64,000 nucleotides of DNA, from the NCBI RefSeq assembly GCF_002571385.2, contig NW_019218183.1, positions 227,993 through 291,992 of the forward strand, given 5' to 3'. Source of the stretch: Stylophora pistillata. Taxonomy: Eukaryota. The notes under the pieces are model-generated. The model was not told where the DNA came from, searched no databases, and saw nothing but the letters and a program-made list of their open reading frames with translations. Positions 12,846 through 25,317 of the stretch are shown here, piece after piece; positions within the stretch are counted from its first letter, which is position 1; each line of letters opens with the position of its first letter. Made by a program: the position numbers and the translations under genes.

Positions 12846-13639
12846 CCCCATTATGAGTAACTATGTCATGAGACAAACCATAATTTTTAATGATTATTGA
12901 AGGGGGTTTAATTACAAAAAGCGGAAAAAAGCAAATAAACCTCCACAATAATTTACTACCTTCTTGGCATTTTATTTGTTCGGATACAGGTTTTTTTTAT
13001 TACAAATTGGGTGTAAACACACAGGGTCAGTTATTTACACAGGGTTTAACCCAAAAAGTTTTTAACCAAGGTAACTCTTTACTACATTGAATAAAGATAT
13101 TTTACATTGACAACACAACAATGTAATGTATAACCTAGAACTGAAACGGAGCAAACCGTTATTAGATACAAGATAAAAAAAATGTCTTGTTGTCCTTCCT
13201 TCCTTCCTTCCTTCCTTTACGGTGGCGGCATCTGCTTTCTCTTGATACATCAGTTCATCATAGGGACGCGAGCAATTTGTAGAAAGCTATGAAAAAAAAA
13301 ATGAATGCTCAGTCCGCACAAGTACTAAATTCTTAGCAAGCATCAACTGGCTATTTTTAGAATAGTTAACAACTATTCGCCGATCACCTTAGGCTACTGG
13401 TGGATAGTCATCGAACCGTATCTGGTTTGTTGTGTTGAATACAGCTTGGCCAATAGCCACTATTAACACTCTCCACTTAGGTGAATAGTAAGTAATTTAT
13501 AAGTTACTGAACACAAGATCACGTCAAGCTAAGAAAGGCGACAAGTGACAAGATGGAGCTTGGATGGTCGAGGAGGTGAAAACAGACAAAAAGAATTTTC
13601 GAGTTTTACTGAAACATAAAGGACAATTTTCTTACTTTG

Positions 13640-13942
13640 TCACTCAAAACGCTCGTCGTGTATCTGTGGATATCGTCGTATCCTTTGTGCCCCGTACTCC
13701 TGGTAGATCGTATTTATATAACATGGACTGCGTTGTTCTGCACTTCCCTCAGCTCTACGAAAATAAACTGTAGGCTCTCTCTCTGCTGCTAAGGCTCTCT
13801 GATTTTCTCCGGCGAACGCAACACGAGCTCTTTCATTACCTGATGGTCGGATGACTTTTACCATGTTGTAGATTTTTATAAGACAGCAAACATCAACAAC
13901 TAACAGGACGAAACACGCAAAACTGACAAACTCAGCAATCAT
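13640..13942 (-). CDS. Small tandem-family protein copy 1 (100 aa; N-terminal hydrophobic segment; ends RRYPQIHDERFE)
   Basis: Intact ORF, collinear with four paralogues. Minus-strand AATAAA at 12996-13001 and 12971-12976 is conserved with the other units. Confidence 0.75.
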   Translation of the reverse strand: MIAEFVSFACFVLLVVDVCCLIKIYNMVKVIRPSGNERARVAFAGENQRALAAEREPTVYFRRAEGSAEQRSPCYINTIYQEYGAQRIRRYPQIHDERFE

Positions 13943-15291
13943 TACTGGGGAATTAGCACCAGAGTCTAGGTTTCTTCGCTTCGACTAGCGGCATTCGCTC
14001 GTCGCCAGGGTTTATGTTCATAGGCAAAGGTAGATTCAAGTGTGACAGTAACATGTTTGAAGACGAGGTTTTATCCAAGTCGAGCACGTGGGTGTAGTCA
14101 AGCATCCGACAAATATTTACTTTTCCCTCTTGTCCAATGGTGTTTTTCCCTTGGTAAGGCTTGTGTTTAGCCGAGATCACCTTTATTATGGGAAAGCCTC
14201 AACGCCGATTGACTTCGATGAATTGACATACATTACAGATATTCTATAAATAGACACAACAAGTGATACGTCACGCCTCTTGTGCCAATCATAAGCTCGC
14301 ATTTTTTGCTGCGCCATGGAAACATCAAACAAATAGAAAATTCTGGTAGGCCTGGTTTTTTCAGATAATCAACCCTTTTACGTCTCCGCGTATTCGTCGG
14401 ATTGCTCTTACTTTCTAGCTTGAATTTGGAAATAAATGTTCTTATGGAAGAGAGCCGTGACGCCAGAGAAGTTTTTCTTTCGATGTTATCAAGGTTTCCG
14501 CGTTTCCAGAAGCATCACGCAAAACTTTCTAAAATCCTATAGCTAACGGTGTGATATAAGCTAATCCCTTATCAGACGCCAGATCGCGGTTATCGATCGA
14601 TAATATGTTTACCACAAATCAGCTGATACTGATTGTTCGCAAAAAGTGCAACGTTGCTTTTGAAAATGAATTTAAACGCACTTGAACTAACCTAAGAAGT
14701 CTTGAAGTCACGGCCTGACGCCACAGTTGCATTCAAATCTGAATTAATTTCATAGAAAGCTGTGTAAACGAAAAACAAAACAAAAAAAAATGCCAGCGGT
14801 GGGAGGTTTAATTACAAAAAGGGGCAAGTAACAAATAGACCGCAACATTGATTGTCTACTTTCTTGACATTTTATGTATTCGGACTCAGACTTTTTTATT
14901 ACAAATTGACTATAAAAATACAGTTTTCAAAGTAGAGTACACGATCACAATGTTAAGTATAACCTAGGAGGGAAACGATATGTACATGTATACATATAGA
15001 TATAATATTTATAAAGTACTGTTGTCCTTTCATACAGTGCCGGCATTCGCATTCTCCGTTAGCGGAAGTACTAATTTCTTATCATGCAAAATAAACAGAA
15101 GCGTACTATTATTTATTCATTGACTTCGCTTGACTGCTGGCATTTTAAGAATGGCCAGAAACAACTATTTACCTCAGTGACGGTGGCTAATGGTGTATAC
15201 TCTAGTGGCTTGGATGACTGAAGAAGGTGAAAACAGTCGAAAACGAAATTTCGAGTTTTACTGAAACATATAGGAATTTTTTCTTACTTTG

Positions 15292-15594
15292 TCACCCAAA
15301 ACGCTCGTCATGAATTTGTGGATATCGTCGTATCCTTTGTGCCCCGTACTCCATGTAGGTGGCATTTATATAACATGGACTGCGTTGTTCTGCACTTTCC
15401 TCAGCTCTGAGAAAAAAAACTGTAGGTTCCCTCTCTGCGGCTAAGGCTCCCTGATCCGCTCTGGGGTATTCCACACGAATTCTTTCATTCCCTGATGTTC
15501 GGATGACTTTTACCATGTTGTAGATTTTCATCATACAGCAAATAACAACAACCAACGAGAGGAAACAAGCAAAACTGACAAACTCAGCGATCAT
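15292..15594 (-). CDS. Small tandem-family protein copy 2 (100 aa; ends RRYPQIHDERFG; candidate RFamide precursor)
   Basis: First ATG (GCCATG) at 15594. Upstream splice acceptor TTTCTTTTCAG at ~15635. Conserved AATAAA at 14895-14900 (-). Confidence 0.78.
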   Translation of the reverse strand: MIAEFVSFACFLSLVVVICCMMKIYNMVKVIRTSGNERIRVEYPRADQGALAAEREPTVFFLRAEESAEQRSPCYINATYMEYGAQRIRRYPQIHDERFG

Positions 15595-15714
15595 GGCTAA
15601 GAAATGAGCTCCAACTATGATTTTCCACAAGCGTCTGAAAAGAAATAGATTAGAGCCGACAAGGAAGTGCTTTGTTCAGTTAATGATCCTCCGCCAAAAA
15701 TATATTTGTTTGGA

Positions 15715-15965
15715 TCCGCTCTGCTTGTGTTGTCGAATGGGGTTTCAGCCTCCGCGTGACTCAAAATTAGTCAGGTTCTCATTTCCGCTCTGCTTGTGTT
15801 GTCGAATGGGGTCTCAGCTTCCACGTGACTCAAAATTGGTCAGGTTCTCATTTCCGCTCTGCTTGTGTTGTCGCATGGGGTTTCAGCCTCCACCTGACTC
15901 AAAATTAGTCAGGTTCTCATTTCCGCTCTGCTGAATGGAGTCTGAGCCTCAACGTGACTTAAAAT
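15715..15965. repeat. 69-bp tandem repeat (~3.5 units)
   Basis: Unit TCCGCTCTGCTTGTGTTGTCGAATGGGGTTTCAGCCTCCGCGTGACTCAAAATTAGTCAGGTTCTCATT starts at 15715, 15784, 15853 and (partial) 15922. Confidence 0.92.
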
Positions 15966-18859
15966 TATGGAAATGTTTGTTTTGAAGCGGTTTTGAAGTG
16001 GTTGACTTTGAGCATATATTACTTTGGGGGATCCAAATCCACTGTGACATTTCCTAATTGATTTGAGATGAAAAGATTTTTGACTAAAATCCTTACTCTC
16101 AGCTTTAATGAATTTCTTGTTATTTTAGCAGAGTATCAAACAATTTCTGTAAGCGATGCACATGTACGACGTTGAGATCTTAGATTAGGGACAACATCGA
16201 GAAAGAATGGTAGGAGATTAAAAAAAAAAAAAAATTTGATAATTTTAAGGTTGGACTGAAGATGACGAGTGCTGGTTTCACCAATATAAACAATTCCCCC
16301 TTGATTAAAAATCGCTTATGATTATCAAGGCAACACGTCGTTTCTTATCCTCGCCCCGCATTTAAAAAAAAACATATGGAAGAATCTTCTTATATTTTAA
16401 TGTCAAGATCCTCATGCTCTCATTTCTTTGCTCTCACAACTTCAGCCGTGACAGTTTTTTTCCCGGTGTTTTTCTTAGAATTCCTTTGATTACACGTTGA
16501 TTACATCCTTCAGACACCGACACCAGATATCTGATGACAAATTGACCATTTACTCAAACGATTCCTTTCGTTTCGAAGGGGAAATTAAAGATGGCAATGG
16601 GCCTACTTGGACACAAAATCGGAGATGACGTAAAACGTTCGACAGCAAATGCTACCCCAGCAATGCATCGAGATTGATTCTGTCTTATTGGTTCTTTTTT
16701 TCTGTTTCATCGCCGCGCCAACTCAAATTTCACTTTTATTCGAGTTTTCTGTCCTGATCTTACACCAAGCTCTAAGAAAAATAATCTGCCGGTACGTCCC
16801 TGCATAGCCCGGATGCTATTTACCATATTAAAGATTTTGATTACACAGCACATAACGAAAGGTGTGACTAAGCAATTCGGCATTCATGACCACCGGTCTC
16901 GAATTCCTAAGACGATGTTTTTTCAAGCCTACAACAATAGGGCCAACAATTGACTGAAATAATTACTGAAAAAATCAAATTAGGACTTCCTAGTACCTAA
17001 AGTGATCAAGTTGTACTTCTTTGGTCTTCACATTTATGTTAAGGCTTAAGTCTTAAAATAACTGTTCTCTAGATGAATGACCAGTAGGATATATGAATTC
17101 CAATGAGTCAGGATGGGTCGGTCAGTGCGATTGGCAACGAGTCTCACAAACACATGACGTGCGTACCATCGCTTTTTGTGACTGTGAAGGAAACAAGAAA
17201 AAATATAAAAAATCCAGAAGGTCTCGAGACCTGTCTTGCATTACAACACGCATTAACCTACAAGTTGTTCCTTATTTTCACGTATTATTTAAAGTCAGGG
17301 TCAAGTGCTGGAAGAACACGTATGATGTGATGGTTTCATACAAGTCGATTCTGTGGGTGTAGACACGTGTCTGACCTCAAGCTTCACAAGTTACATTATT
17401 ACCTTGAGCGGAAAAACACAAAAATATCAACACAGTTAGTTACTTCTTTTAAGGCCATCTAGTTTTATTTCTACAGAGACCTTTCTTTCACAAATTAGTT
17501 GTTAAAAAAAAATAAGGTTTTCATGGTAAAGTATACGAGTATAAAGTATAAAGTGTAAGCGGTTTTTCATTTATAAGAATTATTACTGTTGTCCATCGAT
17601 ACAATGTAATTCACTTTTCCTTGATAAAACCAGCTCATAACAGGAACTCGGACAACTTGTAGAAATCTGTTAAAAAGAATGAACGTTCAGTTAGCCAAAT
17701 TAAACACTTACTGAATGATAATGAGATTCGTTATCTTAATTATCAGTCAATCTTCATGTCGTCCCAACACATGGGTGATCTCAGAAAATGAAACCATTTC
17801 AAATTTCGAGGCGCACAATAAAATGGAAATTTCTAAAATACTTTAAAAAAAGGATGACTTTCTCGCACTAAACTCCTTAGAAGATAATTAGGAGGGGCAA
17901 GCCGGAAAGACTTTTGCCGTGTGTGTGCCTTTAACTCGGTCGTCAGAGATAGTATTCATTCGTCCTTTTCTGATGAGTGAACTGCTGGAAAGCCCGCAAG
18001 TTCGTTGAGTTTGCTGCCATGTTCCACCACGATGCAGTTAAGCGGTGCAATTAAAAGGACACACGCTTCAGAGATTTTTGCGAGACAAAACACCTAGTAT
18101 TTAACGTTCTTTTCTCGAAGTTGTTTTAGCAAAATTGCGCGAACTTCTTTGCCAGCAATAAGAGCTTCCAGAGCCTCAGCCAGTCTGCTCCAATTTTCAG
18201 CGAAACTGCAAGTCATCAGCCATCTGAAGCGTTGGCCGATAGTTAGTTATATTTTTGTGTTGTGAGTGCAAAGCATAATTATCTGCGTCACTTCAGGAGT
18301 TCCTTACGGCGCGCTAACAATAATTTTTTTTCTCTTAATTTTTTCAACTCGCACGACGGAGTTCGCCGAAAGGAGGTACCGCTCGTGGTCTAGTGTTCCC
18401 CCTGGCCGGTAATATTTTCCTAGTGATCTAGAATGCTATTGGCCGGAGGGATAACATGAAGGAACTTTGATTTGGGGGATCATCCGAATTAATAGCATAA
18501 GATAACAATGCATGCTCTCTCAAGACTAGGATATCATAAAGATTTGTTTACCTTAATAAATCTACAAACATGTACCCGGCGTTCACAGTAAGCTGTAGCT
18601 CTAAATGTTTTAAAATTTACGAACGTACATGTTGATTTGTAGAGTTGATTAAAGACAAGAGTACTAAGCGGCAAGCAAAGAGTACTAAAATTCTAGAACA
18701 CAACTGCTATGTTTATTTCACCTGATGGTCTCTCGTTACATAAGGTAATTTGTTCTGACAACCAGATGAGATAGCCAATCAACAGTACAGGGAANAAGAA
18801 AAAATTAAAAAATTAACTTCAAGTATTGTATAAGACATAAGGAAATTGTTCTTACTTTG

Positions 18860-19120
18860 TCACTCAAAGCGCTCGTCGTGTATTTGTGGCTGGCGTCGTA
18901 ATCCCCTGTAGGTTGTACTGTTACATGTACCACATTGTCGCGCACTTCCCTCAGCTATTGGAAGCCAAGGCTCTCCCTGACCCGCTCTGGGGTACTCCAC
19001 ACGAGCTCTTTCATTCCCTGATGGTCGGATAACTTTTACCATGTTGTAGATTTTCATCATACAGCAAATAACAACAACCAACAGGAGGAAACAAGCAGAA
19101 CTGAGCATCTCGGCGATCAT
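18860..19120 (-). CDS. Small tandem-family protein copy 3 (86 aa; ends RRQPQIHDERFE)
   Basis: GCCATG at 19120 and acceptor TTTCTGTTTAG at ~19147. Internal deletions relative to the paralogues keep the C-terminal frame. Confidence 0.72.
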   Translation of the reverse strand: MIAEMLSSACFLLLVVVICCMMKIYNMVKVIRPSGNERARVEYPRAGQGEPWLPIAEGSARQCGTCNSTTYRGLRRQPQIHDERFE

Positions 19121-20762
19121 GGCTGGGGAATGAGCTCTAGAAGCCTCTAAACAGAAATACGGCCAACGTACAAGTTGCTTTGGTCTAGAATTGCTCTTCC
19201 GCAAAAAATAAGGCGCTACTGATTTAGAAGATTAAAGATGTGGTACAGTTACGTAAGTCGAGCAAGTGTAGTCAAGTATCAGACAAAGATTTACTTTTCG
19301 CGCGCGCAATTGTGTTTTCGCCCTGATGAGGCTTGTGTTTGGCTGAAATCACCTTTGGTTGTTGTTATTCCATTGTCCTCGATGAATTAACATATATTTC
19401 AGATGTCCTAAAACTAGAGACGACAACTGACTACGTCACGCCTCTTGTGCCAATCATAAGCTTGCAAATTTTGCTGCGCTATGGAAACATCAAACAAACA
19501 TGAAACATGAACATGAAACTTGAAACATCGAACAAACAGGAAATCCGGGAGGCGTGGAAAGTATTTACCCTCGTACAATTTCCAATACACTCGCCTCTCC
19601 TGCGGTTTGCTCAAAATTTTATGTTTGAATTTTTAAAATAAATCTTCTTTTAAAGGAATCAGGATTCCTCGAGACTTTTCTTTCGATTTTATGAAGGTTT
19701 CAGCGTTTACAGAAGCATTACGCCGAACAGTTTAGAACCTCAGTGGCGCGTGACAGACGCAAGCGAAATAAATTATTCAACGTCAAAGCTCTCCCCCAGC
19801 AGATTACATTCCAAATATACATCCTGCGCAACACAATCTGCGTTCAGCCTGCGAGTCACCGGCTTTACGGTCAATTGCCTGTAGTACGGAAAACCTCCTA
19901 CAAACCCGCAGTCGCTAGTCCATGAATATATCACGCCGAAAAATGCCGTCCATCATGAGTCTCTTGTCAAAGACAAAACAACACCACTTTGGCAGAGGGT
20001 GATATCATGCTCACTCGTTGTGGAAAGGAAACTGTAATTTGCTGATGGATGGCAATATACAAAAATCCACTTACTTAACGATTTACTGAAACAGTTTACC
20101 TTAATAGAAGGTTGAGATGAAAAAATAAAACTACGATGATACAGGATGGTTGTGGTGATAGTATCTCTAATTTCTTTAAATTATCGATGAAAACTTAAGT
20201 TGTCTTGAGGTTAAGTTTTGGCCATGACCTCGGACTCAGGCTCAAGAACAAGATGAGGATACCTAATGGTATTTGAACGAAGTGAAATACAATTTGTATT
20301 TCAAAGCAATCTCATGATTTCGTGGACCTCGAGTGTAGTTTGGGATAATTCACTGACGAGTCGTGTTTATTTTGTGTCATGGTTCACAGCTTCGGCCGCT
20401 TAAATTGCCTTTGTCTTAAATTTCCGGAGTACTCAGGGCTTTTCCCTAAGAACTTGCTTCGATCTTTTCACCTTTCTGTTTCGAATAATCGAGCGTTTGC
20501 ACTCTTTCTCAGTTAGATTCTATTTAATCATGAGACAGTTTACATTCTCTTGATTTAATTTGATGATTAGAGTCATGATCACACGCAAACTTCTGTATAA
20601 TGCCACAATTTCTTTGAGAGGGTCTCAAAGCGGTTTAAGCATAAAAATTGACACATTTTTCAACCGTTAGTCGTAAAAAAGGTTCACTGTTAAAATGTTC
20701 CCGTCTATTTCGTATCATTTTGTATCATTTTTGGCTAGAGAACATATTAACAAGAGAACATA

Positions 20763-20978
20763 TTAAACGCAATCTTCTGTATCAAAAATAGATCTGGTTT
20801 AGCCTAAAAAAGAAAGCTGACACGTCATTTTAGTATATCAAGTGTGGTTACTTTTGCTAACTAAACATTTGTTTCATTTTTGATAGCTAGCTTTGTACAA
20901 ATTACCCGCGTTCCTGAGCTGTACAGACTATATCAAGAATACGCGAATGACATTGTTTTGATGGACAGCGGCAAAAAT
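20763..20978 (-). repeat. Inverted local duplication of 21618-21837
   Basis: Near-identical reverse complement. Flanked by repeated CAAGAGAACATAT motifs. Absent from the paralogous site at ~9575-9600. Confidence 0.88.
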
Positions 20979-22577
20979 GGAGAGCAGCAACAATAGCAAG
21001 AGAACATATCTTGTTTTTGGTTAATTAACCGTAAAATGGCCAAAATATAAACGTTTGCCGTAAAAGTCTCACCCCCTCCCCCCTTTCATAGTGGCTGGTA
21101 TGTCGGCTGATGATGTCCTTAACGGATCCGTAGAGAATGTCTGAAAAATGAATATTTGACCGAGGAGGAAAGCTTCAAGGGCAACTGAAAAATTTTGAGA
21201 AATTTCAGAAGTGAATTTTATTGTTTGTTTGTAAACGCAGACGGGGTTATCGCGTGTAATGTAACTGGTCTGTGATTTTGTACCGCGTGACGTAAAGACG
21301 CCAATAAAATCGTGCGAAAATTAATGGGTGGGGTTAAAACTCATTTTACTTTTGTTTATGAAGCTTCCTTACTGACTCCTGTTAATCAGCGATGTCGAGC
21401 ACGTGGGTGTTGTTATGCATCTTACTGCCGGCGACACAAGTCACACAAATAAACCTTTTAAGGCCAGCTGGTTTTATTTTTTACAAAGAGCTTTTTTTTC
21501 ATTTAAAAATTGGCTGTTAAAAAATTAAGTTTTCAGAGCAGAAATGATATGATCACAATGTGACTTATAACCGATTTGAATTGAAACGGAATAAAGCTCA
21601 ATGATTTTATCCAACAAATTTTTGCCGCTGTCCATCAAAACAATGTCATTCGGGTCGTCTTGTTATAGTCTGTACAGCTCAGGAACGCGGGCAATTTGTA
21701 AAAAGCTAGCTATCACAAATGAAACATTGAAATGTTTAGTTAGCAAAAGTAACCACACATGATATACTAAAATGACGTGTCAGCTTTCTTTTTTTGGCTA
21801 AACCAGATCTATTTTTGATACAGAAGATTGCGTTTAATTCAAAAAGGGAAGAGGTAGACGGTCGTGCCGAAAATTCTAAATCCCAGCGTCTAGAAAGAAA
21901 ACCGAGGGGTACTAGAAATGAGTTTTCGCGTCGAGAGAACGTGAAAATATACTTTTAGGGTGATTCCAGAGTAACTTTTGTAAAACTAAAGAGTGATGCG
22001 GAAAAGTATTCTATCAATCAAGCCGTAAATTAAGTCTTAAAAAAAGAACTGAAAATAAACTCTAACTGTCAGGCAAATCTAAGAATCGAGTGCGGTTTCG
22101 AATTTTTCCCCAAAAATATGACATTTTACGCATTCAAGCACATAAAAATTCACATCTGTTTTAATAACCTCACAGCAACAGTCAGAAAGCATTTTTTTCT
22201 TATATATGCCAAATAATTCCTTGATTTACTCTCTCTCCCCTCTGCGTTTGGCGGCTGGACGCTTATTACGTATTGCGTTTAATGAAATAACCTTCAATTT
22301 TATGTGGGTTTACCAGTCAGGGTTAACCAATCAGGACGCTCGTTGTATCTCAGTTATTTTCAAATAGGAATAGTCCACAATTTCTGATTTCTCATCATCG
22401 CTCGACTCCAGTATTCCTTGTTCCTTAGAATGAAACTTTCGGGAACATAATATCACGACAAGCCAAGATCGACGAGAAGACACATTATAGAGCATACATA
22501 TTTATGGCCGGAGGAAACGAACAAAAAACATTTTTTTCAAGTTGTACTGAAGAAATGTTGAACGTTTTCTTACTTTA

Positions 22578-23041
22578 TCACCCAAAACGCTCGTCATTTA
22601 TTTGTGGCTGTCGTCGTCTCGCTTGAGATCCACTGTGGGGTGTATGATAACATAAACCACGTTGCCCATGTCCGGGTAGTCTCCCTCGCAGCCGTTTTTT
22701 CGGATGTCACGCAACGCTCCCCCAGAAAGAACTTTCTTTCTTTTGGGGGAGCGTTGCGTGACATCCGAAAAAACGGCTGCGAGGGGGACTAATGTCCGGG
22801 GTGTATTATAACATAAACCACGTTGTTCATGTCCTGCACTACTCTCGGCTATAGGTAAAAAATCTGTAAGCTCCCTCTCTGCTGGTAGAGCTCTCCCTGA
22901 CCCGCTCTGGTGAACTCCACACGAGGTCTTTCATTCCCTGATGGTTGGATGTTTTTTACCATGTTGTAAAATTTTAATCATGCAGCAGATTTCAGCAATC
23001 ATCAAGACGAAAGAAGCAACACTGATAAACTCCGCAATCAT
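22578..23041 (-). pseudogene. Small tandem-family copy 4, pseudogene (would end RRRQPQINDERFG)
   Basis: MIAEFISVASFVLMIAEICCMIKI is followed by a +1 frameshift (~22968), further frameshifts, a 37-bp internal duplication and a MITE insertion at 22677-22791. The C-terminal codons still read ...SQARRRQPQINDERFG*. Confidence 0.82.
22677..22791. mobile_element. 115-bp palindromic MITE (Academ-like, TAG...CTA ends) with 9-bp TSD
   Basis: Almost entirely TIR. TSD ATGTCCGGG at 22668-22676 and 22792-22800. Confidence 0.9.
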
Positions 23042-25317
23042 AACTTGGGCATAAGTTTCAACTTAGATGTTGTCACGACCGCCTGAATAGACGAGGGCCA
23101 AAAAGTACGGCGATTCGCCTTTGCCAATCAACATACGTTTCCGGTTATTCTGGCGATACAGAAACCAAGTCGGCACGTTACAAGTCACGAGTCAATAAAA
23201 AACTCGTGGTTTTTCCTTTCCATGGACACACCGTGAAAAAAATATAGAAAAATAGAGAGTCTTCTAACACTGAATCAACTCTGCTGATTATCCGCCAATA
23301 ATTCGCCTCTCCCTCGGATTGCTTGATTTTTCCCATTCAAGCTTATTCAAACCTTAAAGAATAAATCTTCTTTTGAAGGAAACAGGGATGTCTCAAAACT
23401 TTTTCTGTCGATTTCATTACGTTTTCAGCATATGCGGTAAAACATCATGCAAAACTTGACATTCTAGAACTCGATCGATGGCATGGTGATACATTGTAAA
23501 CGCATATTGGTGTCAAAGAGATGCTCACTCATGTGAAAAGGAGAGTCTGTAAACTTTTTAAACTGCTAATGCAGAAGGGCGGATGGCGAACGGCCTCACG
23601 ACTGCTGGTAGACATTGAAAATTTCCTCGTCTCTTAATTTAAACAGTTTGCTTTCTCAAATGATTGAGGAAAAAATTCTATTTAGTAGGGGGAGCGGGTT
23701 GGGATGATAGTACAACTGAAATTTTCTGACATTTATCCGAAAGTTGTCTTAAGATTTTAAACCTCGGACAAGAATAAGGATGAAATAATGGTGATTGCAC
23801 TGAGTGGAGTGTAATTTTTTCTGAAATCATACACGTTCATACCACTCTACTGATTCCTTTATTTATTTTTTTTTTTTCACGGTTACCATAATTTAGTATA
23901 CTGATTGTTTGCAAAAAATGCAACAGTGCGGCTGAATATGAATTGAAACACGCGCGTGATCTAAACTGAGAGGGGGTATGACGTCACGGCTTAGTTCCCT
24001 TTAATTCTGAATTGTTTTCATCGAAAGCTGGGTAATAATAATAATAATGATGATAGAAAAACTGCCAGCGAAGGAGGTTTCATTACAAAAAGCGGCAAGA
24101 AATAAATAAACCTCGACAACAATTTACTACTTTCTTGGCATTTTATTTTTGGACAAAGTTTTTTCTTTTATTACAAATTGGCTGTAAACATACAGGGCCG
24201 GTTATTTACACAAAACGCGCTTTTGCGCAAACGGTGGGACTCAGGGATTCTCCGGCTATAAGATGATTGATTTAATTAAATGAATGCCCGTCCACTTTTA
24301 GCTTTCGGCCCTCTTGACACTGTTCACAAGAATAAATGTTCAGATAAAAGGTTAACGTTCGGCTAAATTGAAGATAACTTAGAGCGCGGTTCTGTGAACA
24401 ACACCAGCTAACCCGCCCGCAGTTTTCAAAGTGACGACAATGTAATCTATAAATTAGAACTTAAACGAAACAAAGCGTTATTAGATACAAGTATTTATAT
24501 GAAACATCATCTCTTTGAAAATTTACTGAGCTATTTTTATAAGTTTTTCTTTACCTATGTTATTAAAAAATGACAATTGTTTTTCTTTTTTTCTTTTTTT
24601 GTTATACTGGCGTAACTTAAGGGGTACAATATTAGTTTGTTGGGACGTGCATTCCTATGTACAATGCGGCTTAATTTAATTGGTGTAATTTTGTATTGTA
24701 AGTTTTCTTTCCTTGAAACTTTTATATCTTTTGCTTTACTTTTCAGCTTGTATCTGATTCTGCTAAGGTTTGGAGAAATAAATAAATGAAATAAAAATGA
24801 AATAAATGAAGTATTTATATAAAATGTACTGTTGTCCTCCCATACAGTGGCGGCATTTTTCGCATTCTCTTGATATAGTCAGTTCATCATAGGAACACGA
24901 ACAATTTGTTGAAAGCTATCAAAAAAAAAAAAAAATGAATGTTCAGTTCGCACAAGTACTAAATTCTTATCATGCAAGGTAAATAGAAACGAATTTTGTT
25001 ATTTGTTCATCGACTTTGCTTGACTACTGGCATTTTTAGAACAGTTAACAACTATTCACCCTAGTGGTGGATATCCACCGACCCGTATCCGGGTGTTTGT
25101 GTTGAATACGGCTCGGCCAGTATCCGCCACCAACAATCTCCACTTTGGTGAAGAGTAAGCAATATAATGTACTGAACACAAGATCACGTCAAGCTAAAAA
25201 AAAACGACAAGTGACAAGATGAAGCTTGGAGGGTCGAGGAGGTGAAAACAAATTAAACAAACTGAAAAATTTTCGAGTTTTACTGACTGAAACATATAGG
25301 ACATCTTTCTTACTCTG

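Noticed and set aside
15715-15965. CRISPR-like regular repeat and Cys-rich ORF 15617-15934
   Set aside because: Head-to-tail 69-bp units with no unique spacers, a eukaryotic context and no cas genes. The ORF is just the repeat read through (69 is a multiple of 3) and lies antisense to the gene.
15595-19204. N-terminal extensions of copies 2 and 3 shown in the ORF track
   Set aside because: They start at TTG, the copy 3 extension crosses a splice acceptor, and copy 5 has an in-frame stop upstream of the shared MIAE start.
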